Made by a program: the position numbers and the translations under genes
Assembly: GCA_024626585.2 (NCBI GenBank)
Contig: JANKJI020000004.1
Location: forward strand, 178,654,988 to 178,693,301
DNA length: 38,314 nucleotides
From: Ginkgo biloba
Taxonomy: Eukaryota; Plantae; Ginkgophyta
Reading direction: 5' to 3'
Shown: positions 12,801-24,699 of the stretch, one piece after another
Numbering within the stretch: position 1 is the first letter of the stretch
Layout of the letters: every line of letters starts with the position of its first letter
Notes under the pieces: generated by a model
The model's input: the letters and a program-made list of their open reading frames with translations, nothing else
What the model was told of the DNA's origin: nothing
The model's database searches: none

Positions 12801-13804
12801 ATAAGGAATATTCTATCTCTCTGAATTTCTCTATAAATACAGGGAGATTTAAAGGCTTAGGGGGATTTTGGAATTGTCCTATTATGCTGCATAAATTTAT
12901 TTTGAGAGATTTCATATGCTATTATGTTATTGAATTCTTCCTTGAGAGTTAAATCCATTATATTAAGAGNNNNNNNNNNNNNNNNNNNNNNNNNNNNNNN
13001 NNNNNNNNNNNNNNNNNNNNNNNNNNNNNNNNNNNNNNNNNNNNNNNNNNNNNNNNNNNNNNNNNNNNNATCACTCGAGGACTAGGAATAGGAGTATGTT
13101 CCTATCTTTTATTGATAAGTTCCTATTCCTGACCAAATCCATTCATCATTTCTATCATAGTTAACAATGATGGAATATCACTCAGAGGTAGGAGTAGACC
13201 TTCCTACTCATAAGAATAAAAATGAGAATTTTCTCAATTCACCATGATCATCCTTAGTCTCTCTTTCCAATTCCACCCATTCCTCTTATCCCTCTTCCTA
13301 GGAAAAAGAACTTTTATTCAAGGGGAACATGAATAGTACCACCCATATCATACATCACCCCAATTCATTCCACCTTTGGCATCTATTATCTCACTTCCCT
13401 CCATCCACCAGAGATGCCCATTTATAGAAAAAAATGGACCATCACTCTGCGAGCTTCCAACAACTTTAACTCAATTTTTGAAGGCCATACTATCATAGCA
13501 TGGCTTAGTCTGTACTTAAAGGTAAAAAAAATCTAGACATTTCCTAAATAGATATAACAAGTATAATCCACCAAAGACATCCTCGAGAGCAGCACACCCT
13601 CCCTTTGTTCCTGACATTTATAATGAGTCTTGCCTCTCCCATGAGATGAAAGTAAACTAGGACTGACTCACTCATATTCTAAACTGATGCATGATCTCCC
13701 TATCTTATTTTTCTTTTTATTTTCTCTTGGTATAAGCCAATGAAGAGTCATCTCCTAAGAGCTTGACATATTCCTCGCAAGACCAGTAGAGGATTATCCA
13801 ATCT

Positions 13805-14396
13805 AGGAGGGGGGCAAATGTAGCAAGACCTATAGTGGTACCAAGACAAACATCAAAAGTATGCATGCTGATGAGGATAGATATCCAATGTCTTAGTAAG
13901 GTAAAAGAATTTTTGGAATGCTAGCAAAGTGTTAGGAATTGGATCATAGAGCAATAAAATAAAATAAGTATAGAAATAAAACATAGAACAATGCAATAAA
14001 AAAGAGAGACAATAATATATGTGGTTCACCCAATATGGGATACGTCCATTGAGAAAATATCCAGTCATTCCTTTATTTTGTCCAACAAATGTGAAGGGAT
14101 ACAACCTGAAAGACACTTNNNNNNNNNNNNNNNNNNNNNNNNNNNNNNNNNNNNNNNNNNNNNNNNNNNNNNNNNNNNNNNNNNNNNNNNNNNNNNNNNN
14201 NNNNNNNNNNNNNNNNNNTAGGTGAAATGAAATGAGATGACATGAAATGATATTAAAATGAAAAAGACTTAATTTAATGTCATCAAATGAGATTAGATGA
14301 CATGTAATTGACAATGTAGCAAAGATTTAATTAATGAAGAATGACACTATGGTATAATTATACTAATGAAGTAAAGGTGAGATTTAGATGTCTACA
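13805..14396 (+). mobile_element. PPT followed by a probable 3' LTR (Tat/Ogre-like)
   Basis: aggagggggg-caaa, then TGTAG at 13819. A matching ...gatgtCTACA end at 14396 gives 5-bp terminal inverted repeats. A gap lies between, so the two ends may belong to different elements. Confidence 0.55.
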
Positions 14397-14949
14397 ATTC
14401 TAAAGAGCCAAGGTGAAGGATAAACCACTAAAGAAAAACCATATTTTGGGAGATATGACTTCCTAGTCTCCCTAGGAGCTCCTTCCCCTCCCAATATGTC
14501 TCATCTAATGAAGGGGAACCCACTTCCTTTTTAACATGCTTGTCGCTATCCTATATGATCGAGATGAAAAATAAAAACAAAGGGGCTATGTGGTGGTATT
14601 GCACTTATAGTAGTTTATGGCAGGTAGTAATGACCTGTCTTGTAACTCCCTAAAGTGGCATGCATGTTCCCTCTTTATGAGATGGACATAGAAACCAATA
14701 GAAAATAAGGGCAAGACAAGTGTCAAGAATTTGGAGGAATCATCCCAGGGAAATGAGGATGGTTAATGTTGTTTAATTTGATGGCCTCATTCCATGCCAC
14801 TCTATTGGTTATTTTAAATACTCATGCTGCCTCTACTCCATGCCATTAGACCTCTTGAGCCCATGAGAATTAGAAGAGTTCTAAAGAACTATATGACCAA
14901 GAAACTACACTCTATAAGAGGCACTTTTGGTAACAATGGTAACATGATC

Positions 14950-15545
14950 TTTCTGGACAATGGAGGCTATGGAATGCAACCTAGACTTGTATGCCCAGGA
15001 ATGGGAGCGATTCATCGTAGATGATGCAATTGATCAATATCGCATGGAGTTTGCTCACCTATGACACTCTAGTGTAGTTAACTACGCAATGGCCTGTACA
15101 ATCTATTTGCCATACCCCATTACAGTTGAAATGCTTCGTTGGTTCGAGGACAATGCTTTCTGGTTCTAGGACAAAATAGTCCATGTGACTGACGAACTAA
15201 TTCATCATGTTACTAATCTTCCCCTTAGGGGTGATAAAATTGATCTTTGAGAAGAAGTGAAGTCTATGAGCAAAGAAGATATTTTGTAGAAGCTTTTTTC
15301 AGGTGCCAAGAAGTTGAGGCTTGGAACAAATCCAATGGTTTCATAATAAACTGTATGACCCATGAAGGAGGCAAATGGGTAGCTCGGTTTTTTACAAGGA
15401 GATTGGTGGGTATAGAAGCTAGCACATATTTGAGCCATCAACGGGCCGCTGTTGCAGCTAAATTAGATGAAGGTCATGTGTACGCATGGGCACCATGGAT
15501 GACAGATAGATTCAAAGAGCAGTGTGTAGCATCTTAGTTGGCCGG
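14950..15545 (+). mobile_element. Decayed extra (non gag-pol) ORF of an LTR retrotransposon
   Basis: FWF*DKIVHVTDELIHHVTNLPLRG ... VAAKLDEGHVYAWAPWMTDRFKEQC resembles the 'ITxELIHxxTGLP...G..YxWA' accessory proteins of Tat/Ogre/Athila-like elements. It contains stops and sits next to an LTR. Confidence 0.55.
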
Positions 15546-16329
15546 NNNNNNNNNNNNNNNNNNNNNNNNNNNNNNNNNNNNNNNNNNNNNNNNNNNNNNN
15601 NNNNNNNNNNNNNNNNNNNNNNNNNNNNNNNNNNNNNNNNNNNNNAGGAAATCAATGGGCATAACTATCTACAATAGTTGATTTTATATATATGCACGGA
15701 TCATATGAAAAGTATTCAACAAGTGGGAGAATTTTGGAAATGTGTTTTATACATTGTATATTTTACACCAATATTGATGTTACATCCCACCATAATTTGA
15801 GTCTTTATAGGGGCCAATGGTTGTATACCCACGATTATGTATTATCACTTGGTAGTTTCTTTTATTGATATGTTTATAAATATTCATGTATAATAAAGGT
15901 AAGTATGTAGAATGTACATGTATAATGTAGAAGAGAGATGATGATGTATAGGTTTTGGAGCACTAGTTTGATATATAATTAAGTGTTATTTTGATAGTTT
16001 TTTTTTGAAAGGGTTTACCAAGGTAAAATATCTTGTGTATTTCATGTGGATGTGTTCTTATTGTTTTCTTTCTACATTATTTTAATATTCTATTAACATT
16101 GCTTCTCTCGTACCAATTTATCAATTTTCTTGACAAAGGAGGATATCACATCTATTAGAGGCAACCAAGATAAAATCAAGGGATTGTGAAAAAATTATCC
16201 TAAAGACTATTGTAACCATTACAATATGAAGAGATATTTTGGTAAATACTTTTGTTCTAAGAAGGATAAAATATTTACCATATAATAAGGCCAAGATAAT
16301 GGCATAGAAAGGTACCAAAAGTGCTCATA

Positions 16330-16810
16330 AATGGTGCAATACATAAGATCCTTCATTAAATTTATTGGTGAAGGAAACCCCATCGAGGGTTAAGAAATAA
16401 AGGAAGGAGTTATTTCATGCAACAATCTAAGTCAATTAGTAGATTATATCCATCTTGTTTGACATAAGTAGTTAAGACAACTTTCTTGTAGAGTCTCTGG
16501 TAAAATATATGAATCTTGTGACATTCCTATATTCGTAACTCAATGAGATTTGTTAATTAGAGGAATCTCATAAATTCATAATGACCGAGTAGTGTAAGGT
16601 AAAATTTGTTATTACATATTCCTTCATTAATAAGGTTACATGTGATATAGTTCCAATGGATTATGCTTGTTTGGTTTTTGAGATCCCATACTTGTATGAT
16701 CAATATTCCATATTCTATAGAAGAAGCAATAGATAAAAGGTGACTAAGGTTTTTATTATTAATTATTCACCACTACATCATACTTCTACTCTAACATACC
16801 AAGAAAAGTA
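16330..16810 (+). mobile_element. Ty3/gypsy aspartic protease region remnant
   Basis: ELFHATI*V...ILFDISS*DNFLVESLVK...CKVKFVI...FINKVTCDIVPMDYACLVFEIPYLYD...FYR matches the gypsy protease pattern LFDSGS...CDVVPLD...G.PYLxD. Confidence 0.7.
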
Positions 16811-17527
16811 NNNNNNNNNNNNNNNNNNNNNNNNNNNNNNNNNNNNNNNNNNNNNNNNNNNNNNNNNNNNNNNNNNNNNNNNNNNNNNNNNNNNNNNNNN
16901 NNNNNNNNNNCTCATGTCAGTGTAGACCTTTATTATTGAGCCAACTCATGTTAGTATAGCACTATCTTCTCTCATCATCATGATGTTGAAGGTTTACGTC
17001 ACTATCAGCCAAATCATCTCCATTACTTATCAATGAGCCAACTCCTATTAGTGTTGATCACACTCTCACCAATGTATGCCAATGAACCATCTCATGTCGG
17101 CATCAATCTAAGCCATTTTTTACATACATTGAATTCCTCATCCAACAAATATGAAGTAATCNNNNNNNNNNTTTGACAATTAAGTTTGCATCTATTATAT
17201 GAGGGGAATAAATCCTCCTATGGCTCCCTAACTATCTTCTAATCCAATATTATTCTATAAATCAAATTCTAAATATCATCCATCTAATCTTCTACAATTT
17301 TCTCTATAAAATTCTCTAATTCACTAAGCTAATCCCTATCTATATATTCCATTTCTATATGGATAATGAATGGATTAAATAATGGTGCAAGTTCCTCTAT
17401 TATTCTTTCCCCTATACCTTCCTCTCTATCCATTCCTAGGCTTATAATCCTAATTATCAATCTAGTGGATTCTAAAAAAAAGAAAAAAAAGAAAATTGAT
17501 TTTCTCACCCAATTTATGGTATCCATT

Positions 17528-17538
17528 CTCTAATACCA
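17528..17538 (-). mobile_element. Degenerate tRNA-Met primer-binding site after an LTR end
   Basis: Minus strand reads ...CA-tt-TGGTATTAGAG, one C->T change from TGGTATCAGAG. Confidence 0.55.
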
Positions 17539-20079
17539 AATGACATACCTAATGGAAAAGGATTGAATTATTAATCATTTAATATGTAAAATCATTTTAT
17601 TGTAATCCAAGGGATAATCATCTATTCCTACTTCTTTATTCTTTGCAAACTCTTATATAATATCCTCTTTGTACAAGATATACAAACTTGTCCCTACATA
17701 TAATAAGTTCCTCTACAAAATCTAAGCCTATATGAATTGAGAAAAATATGTTATGCTTCTTACAAATGCTATAAGTTTTTTTGACTGCATCATCATTTTT
17801 CCTAAATCACTATCATAGGTTTTCCTGAAGACTAAACCTTGTATGTGGAGATTATTCACATATGATGATCTTCACACATGACTCAAGAAAGTAACATCAG
17901 GGAAAATCTTAAGAATTGCCTTATTTTTTATAAGTATAATTAAGTTGCGAATAATTTTAACATATAAAGTAATATATACATTATAGGAAAATTTTTTAGG
18001 AAAATAAATATTTTACTAGGAATATATGCTAAATTTGGTGAATAAGATAAGATTTTTCATTAAAATTAAAAAAAAATGGAGAATGTTTTAGATTCCTAAT
18101 TTTTAAAAATTTTGGCAAAAATAGCCAATTGTCTATATATAGGCACTAAATGTTTTCCTACTTTTTAGCAATACATGCCATAGATAATATATGGTTATTA
18201 TCTCCAGGTTCAAGAAAAAATTCTCAATGACATGAGAATGTACCAATAGTTGTTAGTAAAAGTGTAAAGAAAATAATAACTAGAAAGCACAAAATGTATA
18301 CAACATCAAGACGTCATGGTACATGCATTCTTCATAAATTTAAAACATAGGAAGAAGTTAATTATATCTTTCAAAATTATAAATACAAAATCAATATGGC
18401 ATCCTAACATATGACATTCCCATGGATTGAGGATGAAGTCTTGCAAAATTNNNNNNNNNNNNNNNNNNNNNNNNNNNNNNNNNNNNNNNNNNNNNNNNNN
18501 NNNNNNNNNNNNNNNNNNNNNNNNNNNNNNNNNNNNNNNNNNNNNNNNNNGGACTAATAAACCTTAGACAATATTTGATTATTTCTAACATTTTTATATT
18601 GCATTTACCCCTATTAACTACCCTAAACACCAAATTAGGCTTAATTATACAATATGATTTATCCTAAACTATATGCTAAACCATTTATGAAATATTTTTT
18701 GGTCAACACTAATTAATAATTAGTGACACACTGTTGAGGTGGAAGTGATATTTAACTTTTATAAAATTAAAAAAATAATGTGGTGTGATGGAGGCCCATT
18801 ACCTACTCATTGTATTTCTTATCATATTATTATTATGATCTCATTTCATCATGCTTTGCATACTATAATTGAAGTGGAAAATATTTTTCTAGTACTAAAC
18901 CATTTAATAGATATTATTGAAGACTAAGGATAGTCCCTTGTGCATCTATTAATGTTTAAGATGACACTAACTATACGAATAAGATGAAGTATAAGTGATG
19001 TCTTGTTGACCCATAAATGGGGCCACTCTTAGAAGATAAGTTGATCATATTAAAAATACCATGCTTGAAATTAAGGGGCAATAGAAACCCTCAAATGCAT
19101 CAAAGGAAGATCACACCGCGTAATCAAGAAATTTGAATTTTTTTTATTTGAAACTATTTATTAAACTTTACTCTGATGACTCATACTAACTTCCTTCCTG
19201 GATTATTGTAGGTTAGAATTGGTGAGATACCATACAAAGTTGGTGATTAACTATCCTTGGTTTCTACTAGGATCGATGAGCATTTATACGATTGTAAAGA
19301 AGGAAATTGATCGAGAAACCAAAATCATAAAGTTTTCCTTGAGAAATAAGTTAGAAGAAAGGAGGATTTTTGTGGATAATAACCCCAATAAATATGAGGA
19401 TATTCCTCAAACTTGAAGCTATAATTTCATTTGGGTTACAAAATATGCTAAGGTCTATGAAAATATATCAAATATCAGGCACTTGAGGATGTTAAAGTGT
19501 GAAGTCATTATAAAAGATATGGACCCAAGAAATTATACATCTTCGATAAGAGTCAATTCATTTTTTATTTTTAGGAAATCAAAGTTTGGGAGTCAGCCCA
19601 TGGAATTATGAGGAGAGGTCTCTGATCCCAAACCTTGTAGACCTAATGAAATATAAATTCCAAATTAAATCAAACATTGAGTTATATTGAATATGTCTCC
19701 TACTCTCAACCAAGGTTTTCCTAAACCCCTAACATCATAAAGACACGTGTTGGTATGGGGTTGGAAGATGCTCCAGCCAATCACACATTCATATATTTCA
19801 ATGAAACTATGAGAGTACTACCTCACATCTCAAGAAAAGTTAATGTGCAAGGTGGTAGAGCAAATGTTCCTCAATTAATAGAGAAATGGTCTATTGATTA
19901 GCTCATTTTTAAGCTTTTCCAAGAAAGCATTTTATCTCTATGTAGCATTCCAAAAGCATAGGTGTGAAGGAAATAAAATCCTAAGTATAATTTGTAGAAT
20001 ATTTCCACTTGATCAAAGCACCCATTTTTTTTAGAATATACATTTTAGCCAAGAGAATCATGATAGGATAGAGAAGTGG

Positions 20080-20593
20080 TATACCTAAAACCATGCCAGT
20101 GGTGGATATATGTGATACAATAGATACGTGTTGAGTTAAGCTTAAGTTTATGTATGAGGATTTCTCTAAAATTTTAAAATAATATAGGGAGATGGATATA
20201 CTATTATGGTATAGTTTTATTTAGGTAGATTCCATCCTGGAGGTGATGGCTTGTTAACAGATTATGGAATGGATAGCCAAGAGGTTAAATCCAGACAACA
20301 TAATAGTGTACATGATTAAGGGATAGGCATGTTTTCCTTTAACTCCCAAAGTATTTCATAAAATATTAGGATTCCCATGTATGGAGAATAATTTTTATTT
20401 GACCAAGAAGGAAAATTCTATTGGGATTATCCTCAAGTTGTGAAACTAATTAACTCTTGGTGAAATGGGCCAGTCTCAAACCCTATTGAGAAATATTACT
20501 CTCAGGGATAATCTTGAACCCTATTGAAAATTTGAAAGGGAATATAATGACCTAGTAGCCTTAATGTGTAAAGTATTTAGAGAAAAATATGTG
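20080..20593 (+). mobile_element. Decayed extra ORF of an LTR retrotransposon (second type)
   Basis: ICDT...EVMAC*QIMEWIAKRLNPD...PLTPKVFHKILGFP...FEREYNDLVALMCKVF with stops. It resembles recalled accessory ORFs of large-genome plant retroelements; no exact family can be named. Confidence 0.4.
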
Positions 20594-20820
20594 NNNNNNN
20601 NNNNNNNNNNNNNNNNNNNNNNNNNNNNNNNNNNNNNNNNNNNNNNNNNNNNNNNNNNNNNNNNNNNNNNNNNNNNNNNNNNNNNNNNNNNNNAACCTTT
20701 CTTTATTTTTAATTAAAATAGACATAAAACCTAGTGTTCTTTATTAAGGTGTATGTTTGTCAAATGTGATTCTTAAGAGTGTCTATCACATGGGGGGTTT
20801 TACTTCATAATTATAACATC

Positions 20821-20946
20821 AAAGGTCATATGACAAGAAATAGGAATATTTAACCCCCACAACGATGAATTCCTCAAGAAAATAAGACAGTAGAAAATAT
20901 AATAACTTAGTTAAGTTGTTGTACTTAAAAGGAGAGGGGAAAACAT
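20821..20946 (+). repeat. Dispersed repeat A, copy 1 (copy 2 at 31955-32074)
   Basis: Shared blocks ggtcatatgacaagaaatagga, ccacaac.atgaatt, ataacttagtt and tgtacttaaaagg.gaggggaaaacat. Confidence 0.85.
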
Positions 20947-20993
20947 TCAATTCTTCTAGTTTAGTCATGGTCATTTGGATAATCTTTCTACAG

Positions 20994-21076
20994 GTATTTA
21001 TGTAATATGAATCTCTGTATAATCTTTTTGGAACACTAGGGAGTGACATCGGGTCTCTTCACCGCCTGGAATCATT
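20994..21076 (+). pseudogene. LRR exon (first of two) of an LRR-VIII-1/HPCA1-like receptor kinase, with an 11-bp frameshifting insertion
   Basis: tttctaCAG acceptor ends at 20993 and GTAAG donor starts at 21077. The exon is 83 bp (72+11). Removing the partly duplicated 11 bp gives YLCNMNLFGTLGSDIGSLHRLESL with phase-2 borders. Confidence 0.75.
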
Positions 21077-21186
21077 GTAAGAAAAGCTATAAATTACATT
21101 AATAAGTACCTTAGTTTGGATTTGGATTGTGGTTAATAAGTATCCTAGAACCATAAGAATTAAATTGAACAACGCCATTAGTGCAG

Positions 21187-21261
21187 ACGTTTATCATACA
21201 ATCCCGACTTGACTGGACCAATTCCTAGTTCCTTGGGAAACTTGTGCACCCTCAACACGCT
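21187..21261 (+). pseudogene. LRR exon (second of two) of an LRR-VIII-1/HPCA1-like receptor kinase
   Basis: tgCAG acceptor, then a 75-bp phase-2 exon RLSYNPDLTGPIPSSLGNLCTLNTL, then a GTAAG donor at 21262. Fits the plant LRR consensus LSxNxLxGxIPxxLGNLxxL with the extra residue (YNPxL) typical of this subfamily. Confidence 0.85.
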
Positions 21262-21364
21262 GTAAGCAACATTTCAGATTTGTTACCATGTTCGTCTTCT
21301 TTGCAAGTTTATATAATATTTTAGTGTTGGAAATAGAGTTGGAGGCTTATTTTTTTTTAAACTT

Positions 21365-21505
21365 AAAATGTTATGATGCTATACGAAAATAGTATTTGAT
21401 TTTATTATAATCCCTTATCTAAGAGCCATATATGTTAGGTAGTTTTTAGGCCTTACATCCTCTTCTAATGCGAGAATATAAAGGCTAATTTAATGGATTA
21501 AGAGT
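21365..21505 (+). repeat. Local direct repeat, copy 1 (copy 2 at ~21991-22505 is split by a MITE)
   Basis: tatgatgctat.cgaaaat..tatttgatttt.ttataat and tcctcttctaatg.gagaata...atggattaag recur at 21991-22075 and 22421-22505. Confidence 0.75.
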
Positions 21506-22075
21506 GCAATCATATGGTATGGATATAACATTAAATTTTAAGTAGCAATAATGTCTTTCTTTCAAGCATCCTTTGTATACTTTGTAAAGAAAGGGTAAAA
21601 TGTTGCTATCTGTGGTCTATAATATGTACTTATTTACAAGTATGTATAAGATTTTAGTGATAAAAATGAAGTTATTAGATTATTTTAGTTTATATTTATG
21701 TTCCCATTATTTGACTTAATGTTGAATTTGTTATGTTAAAATGCAAAGAGAGTTGTAAATATCATATGTTTTTTATGTGATTTTTAATGATGATGTGCAT
21801 ATTATAATGATGTAGAAAAATTTTGAGTGGAAAAAGAAAAAATCTATTTAAATCCTAAGATTTATAATTTCTCTTTCCTTTCTAGGTGACCTCGAATTGC
21901 CTCGACTAGTATTTACTCTAAAATCACATTGTATTATTTTATAATGGGAAACCTTTTATAGCATATAAAATGATAATTATTTGCAATGCCAAATACTATG
22001 ATGCTATGCGAAAATTATATTTGATTTTGTTATAATATTTCTAATATAGAATCATATACACTAGAAATTTTGTAG

Positions 22076-22420
22076 GAGCTATCTATGCCCTCATCAACTT
22101 TCACAATAAATTCAATTTAGTGAGCATTGGTAACAACACCAAATAACAACATTATAATAAAAAAACATTAGCACGAAACCACAGTTATAATTGTCACATT
22201 TTTTAGAGTTCCATCTTAAATAAATTTAAAATCAAACATTAATGTGGCATGTACATTTAGGAATGATGGAAAAACATTGGAGTGAAATCACATAGGTTCT
22301 AGTATCCAAAATTAATGGTGACATAATTGATCTTTTATTATAATTCCCAAAAAACTAGAGCCCATCTTGCTCACTAACCTAAATTTATGTTGCAAGTTTA
22401 TGAGTACATAGATAACTCTC
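22076..22420. mobile_element. Mutator-like MITE, 345 bp
   Basis: Imperfect TIRs of about 50 bp (gagctatctatgccctcatcaac...ttagtgagc versus the reverse complement of gctcactaa...gagtacatagataactctc). Flanks attttgtag / atattatag match at 7 of 9 positions (TSD). The empty site is visible in the repeat copy near 21450. Confidence 0.75.
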
Positions 22421-24699
22421 ATATTATAGGTCTTATGTCCTCTTCTAATGAGAGAATACTATATGGTGAATTTGAGTAAAGTCAAATTTGATGGATTAAG
22501 GTTCCATTCATTAGTATAATATATAAGGGATAGAAATGATAAGGAATCAACTTTTGAAGACAACTATTGAAATGTTTCCACTATAGTAAGATCTAGATAA
22601 AGGAAATGTACAAATCCTATAAGAGGGTGATGAGGTTATCCAAGATAGCATATAATTTCTAATCATTTTAGCATATATTATTGACTCAATCAACTTATGG
22701 TTTAGATCAAAGTGTTTATGCAAAGCCTAAAGACTAGAGGTCTATTATATTTTGAGAAGATCGTGTATAAAATAGCACGCATCTATAAAGGTAGTCTCTT
22801 GTACCATAATCCTAAATAGATGCCATGGAAAACATGATAGGAAATATTGTGGGCATGAACCTTNNNNNNNNNNAAAAAATTCTCATTCAATTCATTTAGT
22901 TTCTTTAAACTTGAAGTTCACAAAAAACTCTATTTCTTATACAAGACATTGTTAATCTAATACAAAAGCCTTCAAGGTAGTGGAGTCCATTCCTTCTATG
23001 TGAGTTAACAAATGAAAATATGTGTTCCTCTCTGCATGAACTAACTCCATGAAGTTTCTTTCTAAGATAATTTGATTATCCTTCCAAAGTGGTAATATCT
23101 AGCTTTTCAATATGTGTTTCTTCAAGGAAGATGATAATTCATCAATATTGGCCTTCAATCTTGAAAAAATCCCTAAGATCTAATGAGACTAATTTATTTT
23201 TAAAATGAAGGAATTTTTAACTTAAAGTATTTCTTCTAATTCTAAGCTTGTACCACTAGATCTCTTGATTATGTAACCCCACCATTCACTTATTTTAGTT
23301 TTAAAAGATGTCTCCATTTCATCTAGGGTCTACATATATATTTATGTATCTAAAACAATTCATCATGTAATCAACTGCGTCCTATGGGTGAGATCCCAAT
23401 CTCGTAAAGAAACTTCTTCCTTCTTCTTTTGTACTTATTTTCTTATCCCAATGAGGTCCCTTTGATACACACTTGCAATTTATAATTTCTTGCACAATCC
23501 ATTATTCTCAAAAGGTATAATAGAGGAGGACAATTCTATTATAATTAGTAGAGTTAGGGCTAGTTCAAACACCTTTAATTTATTTTTAAGTGTAACATTC
23601 TTATCCTTTAATTGAAATATTTTCTCTAATAATTCATCTACCTTTATTTTTAAGGCTTCAAATAAAACCTCATGAAATTTAACTATATTGTGAGATGATA
23701 ATTGACTCACATCTAACTCTATTTCTTGAAAGAAAAATCTATTGTAATGATGGTAGCCTTGGTTTTTGGATCCTTACACTTAACTGCCCTAATTTTAATA
23801 AAAAAAAATTTTACATAAAAAACGAAGGAAGCATGTTGCCTATTAAAATTAAGGGGTATAGGTGCATCTGACAAAACTAGTTTTGATTATTGATTTAAGA
23901 CTTCCATGAAATATGGGTTTAGAATGGCCTCCTCCTTAGTAGTTTCCTAGATCAGAGTCTTCATGTGTTGTTCCAATACTAAAACTTTTCTCATGTCTAA
24001 AGAAGATGTAAAATTGGGTAATTCATAATTGGTAGAATATTTTTTCTTTGAATTTGAATCTATTGAACCTCAACTCTTTGATATTCTATGCTTCCTGGAA
24101 ATTTGATTAGCTTCTTCATGTTCTAATTTTCTCTTTTTGGCCTTATTTAGATCATCATTGTCATCTCCTCCTCTTGCTATTACACTTTGTTGGGCCAATA
24201 AGATTGCAGATTTGGGCTTGAGTGAAACTTATACAACAATCTCAATGACTTCTAGTTTATATCCCTCCTTTAAATATTTTGGGATGAATCCCCTCCTTAT
24301 CCTACCTCAACTAGTTTCTTTGGATTATTTAGGTTTGAACTCGATATTCTAAATTCCTCTCTTCATGGGAAACATTGCTATTCTAAGTAGAATATTACGT
24401 AGATGGACTAGTTTTAGAAGTGATATTGCCCCTTCTTTTATGTGATACCTAGTCATAGTCCATCGTGTTCCTAAATTTATCCTTTAAATTTGGTGAATGA
24501 TAGTAGTTCATTTTGCACTGGTCTATTATATGTTGAGAAAAAATCCCTTTTAGGTCATAAAATATACCCCAAACTTATTCAAGTTGCTAGTCCCTNNNNN
24601 NNNNNNNNNNNNNNNNNNNNNNNNNNNNNNNNNNNNNNNNNNNNNNNNNNNNNNNNNNNNNNNNNNNNNNNNNNNNNNNNNNNNNNNNNNNNNNNATAA

